From contig CAZLGE010000001.1 of assembly GCA_964559375.1 (NCBI GenBank), forward strand, positions 27,492 through 71,862: DNA of 44,371 nt, written 5' to 3'. The first letter of the stretch is position 1; every line of letters begins with the position of its first letter. The notes beneath the pieces are model-generated. The model saw nothing but the letters and a program-made list of their open reading frames with translations. It searched no databases and was not told the origin of the DNA. Shown one piece after another: positions 42,122 through 44,371 of this stretch. The stretch comes from an uncultured Gammaproteobacteria bacterium. GTDB taxonomy: Bacteria; Patescibacteriota; Patescibacteriia; Patescibacteriales; UBA12465. Position numbers and translations under genes: made by a program.

Positions 42122-42529
42122 TTATTTAGGAAGTGGGCAGCCGGTCTTAGCAGCCAGCTCTTCTAGGGACAGCTTTCCTAAGACACGACTACCGTTGGCA
42201 AACGTCCAGGTCGGATAGCCGGTGATCTCGTTCTCGGTGCAGATCGGAAGCTGACCGCGGCCATCGGGAGTGGAGCATTCCACGTAGGGTGCCTCACTGA
42301 GAGCCGAACCGAATAGGTCCTTCTGATCTTGACAATGCGCACACCAGAACGTGCCATAAAATACCGCTCCCTCGTCTTTCAGACACTGAGCGAATCCGAC
42401 CAGTCGCCCGCCGTCAACAGCGGGACGGGTACTCCATTGTCCGTAGACCAAGAGAGCGAAAGCTAAAACCAGGACAGCGACAACCCCGTAAACAGCGGCT
42501 TTTTTAGACTTATCTAACTTATTTCCCAT
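42122..42529 (-). CDS. membrane-anchored thioredoxin-fold protein of the type fused to bacterial/plant VKOR homologs
   Basis: 135 aa. N-terminal TM helix. FYGTFWCAHCQDQKDLFG...PYVECS...ITGYPTW closely recalls the Trx-like domain of cyanobacterial VKOR / plant LTO1 (from memory). Confidence 0.75.
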   Translation of the reverse strand: MGNKLDKSKKAAVYGVVAVLVLAFALLVYGQWSTRPAVDGGRLVGFAQCLKDEGAVFYGTFWCAHCQDQKDLFGSALSEAPYVECSTPDGRGQLPICTENEITGYPTWTFANGSRVLGKLSLEELAAKTGCPLPK

Positions 42530-42546
42530 ATGTAAATGTTTATTGA

Positions 42547-42564
42547 TTATACGAATCAGTATAA
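42547..42564. promoter_or_regulatory. 18-bp inverted repeat overlapping the putative -10 of the trx-dsbB unit (operator candidate)
   Basis: TTATAC-GAATCA-GTATAA. On the minus strand it contains TATAAT. Confidence 0.3.
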
Positions 42565-42633
42565 CAAAAGAATTTTTTTCTGTCTTCCTTTTTTACTCGG
42601 CCGCCGGCTTCGGTTTATCTTGCTCCTGCGCTA

Positions 42634-42660
42634 AAATAGAGCCTTAATTCGGCTCTATTT
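42634..42660 (-). terminator. terminator-like hairpin after the Nramp-like gene
   Basis: AAATAGAGCC-(7 nt)-GGCTCTATTT, a 10-bp stem. The U-tract is partly inside the stem. Confidence 0.55.
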
Positions 42661-42693
42661 ATATGTCACCGTGGTCCGTTTTTACCGCCCGAA

Positions 42694-44085
42694 TTAACGC
42701 AACAGCTGATCCCAAAAAACCACACCGCTGAAAAAAGCGAAGAAGATAATAATGAAATAGAGGACGGCCCGGCGCCAAGGACGGGGCCAAAATGGCTTCT
42801 CAAGCGCCCGACGGTTAAGTATCGTTACCAGTACGACATGAACCAGCATGGCAAAAGCGTTGATGAGGGCGCCCAGGACGATCAGGGTCTTCGGCTCATA
42901 GATATTAAGAAGAAAAAGGATAACCCCGAAGGCGATCTGCGACCAGACAAATATATAATAAATTCGAGAAAGATTAATCTTGCCCGCCTTATCGCCGCGC
43001 AATTTCTCAATGGCGGCGTTTTCGGCCATGATACGACTAGTAGAGTCCATGATGCCCAGCTGAGTTTGAAAGAGCATCACGCCGACAACGACTAGGAAAA
43101 GTAAACCAATGAACGGATGGAGTAATCCGCCGATGGCAGCTCCTTCAGTAATGACAAAGTTTATGCCGCTGGCATTTCCGGGGTGGCCGAAGGTCGTGTT
43201 ATAAGCTAAGAACATAAGGAGCAGCATAGATAGACTGCCGATCAGCCAAAAAACCAAGAGATGCTCCAAGTTGATGGCGCGCCACCATTTTTGGAAGCGT
43301 CTGATACTCCGCGCATCAACCGTAAACGACTCGCCCGCCAGCTTCACTTCCTGGTGCCTGCTGCCGCGCGCAAAAAGGCCGGCAATCTTCTGGGAATATT
43401 TGCCCATACCATAACCTTTCTCCTTGACATAGATAGACTGCGTCAGGTTAAGATTGCCGCCCGCTCCGGAGTAGGCGAAAGCGGCCATGAAGGTAGCAAG
43501 AGCCATGCCAGGTGCCAGGAACCAGAACCCCTCGCCGCGGCCGATAAGACCGTTAGTTAGTGCCACCCAACTTTCCGGCGAACTGGTTACGATCGCCAAA
43601 ACAAAAATGAGCGGAACGCCGATAAGTATCACCGTCCGCGTGAGACCTTCCATCAGAGAATAAATCGTCTTCCCGATCGTCAAAATTAACCCGATCAGGA
43701 GAAGGAGGCCGATTGCCAACCACTTGAAACTAGCTAGCCCCAAAACGGACGCTAATACCTGGGCGGAGGCGGCAATAATGCCGGGTAGACCGAAACCGAT
43801 AAAAGTTGAAAGAATAAACCAATAGGGAGCGAAGCGCAAAAATCTGGCCAGGCCGACAAAAACGCTCTCGCCGCGGACGAGCGCATAACGCTCAATTTCC
43901 ATGTTGATGAAGAATTGGAAGGTGATGCCGGCCAGCGCTCCCCAAGCCAAGCCCAGCCCAAAATTAGCGGTCAGGTAGGGCCAAAGTATGACCTCACCCG
44001 ATCCCAGGCCAAGGGCTAAGATGATAAAACTCGGACCGAGTAGACGCCTAACTTTAGGCGCGGCGGGGAATTCTTTATTTACCAT
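42694..44085 (-). CDS. Nramp-like (LeuT-fold) metal-ion transporter, divergent
   Basis: 463 aa with about 11 TM helices. Overall layout is Nramp/MntH-like, but the usual DPGN motif is replaced by GSGE (LGLGSGEVILWPY), so substrate is uncertain. Confidence 0.55.
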   Translation of the reverse strand: MVNKEFPAAPKVRRLLGPSFIILALGLGSGEVILWPYLTANFGLGLAWGALAGITFQFFINMEIERYALVRGESVFVGLARFLRFAPYWFILSTFIGFGLPGIIAASAQVLASVLGLASFKWLAIGLLLLIGLILTIGKTIYSLMEGLTRTVILIGVPLIFVLAIVTSSPESWVALTNGLIGRGEGFWFLAPGMALATFMAAFAYSGAGGNLNLTQSIYVKEKGYGMGKYSQKIAGLFARGSRHQEVKLAGESFTVDARSIRRFQKWWRAINLEHLLVFWLIGSLSMLLLMFLAYNTTFGHPGNASGINFVITEGAAIGGLLHPFIGLLFLVVVGVMLFQTQLGIMDSTSRIMAENAAIEKLRGDKAGKINLSRIYYIFVWSQIAFGVILFLLNIYEPKTLIVLGALINAFAMLVHVVLVTILNRRALEKPFWPRPWRRAVLYFIIIFFAFFSGVVFWDQLLR

Positions 44086-44089
44086 AATC

Positions 44090-44284
44090 TTAAAAGGTTA
44101 TTATGTTTCTAGTCGTTTTCAGAAAGGCTAAATCTTGTTTGATTATGAAGTTCCCTTCATAACCTTCAGGCTGATTTCCCTCAAACCGTCTAATAGCCTC
44201 CGCCAAAGATATCCATAACGGCCGCAAACCCTCGGCTACCTCTTTCCGGATCCCCTGAACCGAGATCCTGATCGCTAATCTCAA
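44090..44284 (-). other. ambiguous: a TTG-initiated 64-codon ORF or a structured 5' leader of the transporter gene
   Basis: The ORF has no ATG, no SD and no recognisable motif. The same RNA folds into a 10-bp GNRA-capped hairpin (44141-44164) enclosed by a GAAAG/CUUUC pairing (44243-44247 / 44122-44126). A TATAAT lies at 44304-44309 on the minus strand. Confidence 0.3.
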
Positions 44285-44371
44285 GAAGTAATTTCATAAG
44301 CAGATTATATATGTTCCATCTTAACAAATTATCCTTAAACGGCCTAGAGTTACATTTTTCCAGGCACAAAT

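Noticed and set aside
1-44371. Alternative genetic code (UGA recoding, as in some candidate phyla), CRISPR arrays, rRNA/tRNA genes, and transposase/IS elements.
   Set aside because: All recognisable genes are full length under the standard code, and UGA is used as a stop (for example at 40481-40483). I found no repeat-spacer arrays, no tRNA cloverleaf candidates in the spacers, and no transposase-like ORFs.

Overview
This is a 44.4-kb, densely packed chromosomal segment with about 47 protein genes. I saw no rRNA, tRNA or CRISPR array. All calls come from reading the sequence and the ORF track by eye; no searches were run.

Most of the window is housekeeping:
- Translation factors and synthetases: gltX, serS, metG, tsf.
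- Ribosomal proteins: rpsB, rpmA, and a secE-nusG-rplK-rplA block.
- Other core genes: dnaX, pyrG, gap, cca, rsmI, tsaC.
- Many secreted or membrane proteins are interspersed: GT4 and TagA-type glycosyltransferases, an M23 peptidase, an S41 protease, an FtsQ-like protein, an FG-GAP protein, a transglutaminase-like protein and a GerMN protein.

Gene content suggests a small-genome bacterium, possibly of the Patescibacteria/CPR type, using the standard genetic code. That taxonomic guess is inference only. Hand-sampled GC is about 50-58% in most genes.

Observations most worth follow-up:
1. A 28-bp dif-like site (8764-8791) shares 16 contiguous nt with E. coli dif. It lies 94 bp upstream of the only tyrosine recombinase gene, at a point where gene orientation converges, so it may mark the replication terminus.
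2. A low-GC island (15976-18933, about 31-38% GC) encodes an orphan VirD4/TraD-like coupling-protein ATPase and a Lys-rich protein. It sits in line with an unannotated 57-aa ferredoxin gene and dnaX.
3. A DsbB-family oxidase is paired with a VKOR-type thioredoxin, next to SOD and an Nramp-like transporter. The transporter's about 200-nt upstream region could be a structured leader rather than an ORF.
4. A TagA/WecG glycosyltransferase is fused in frame to a Nudix hydrolase.
5. There are structured leaders upstream of rpsB and of an RRM-protein gene, and several small ORFs below the 60-aa track cutoff.
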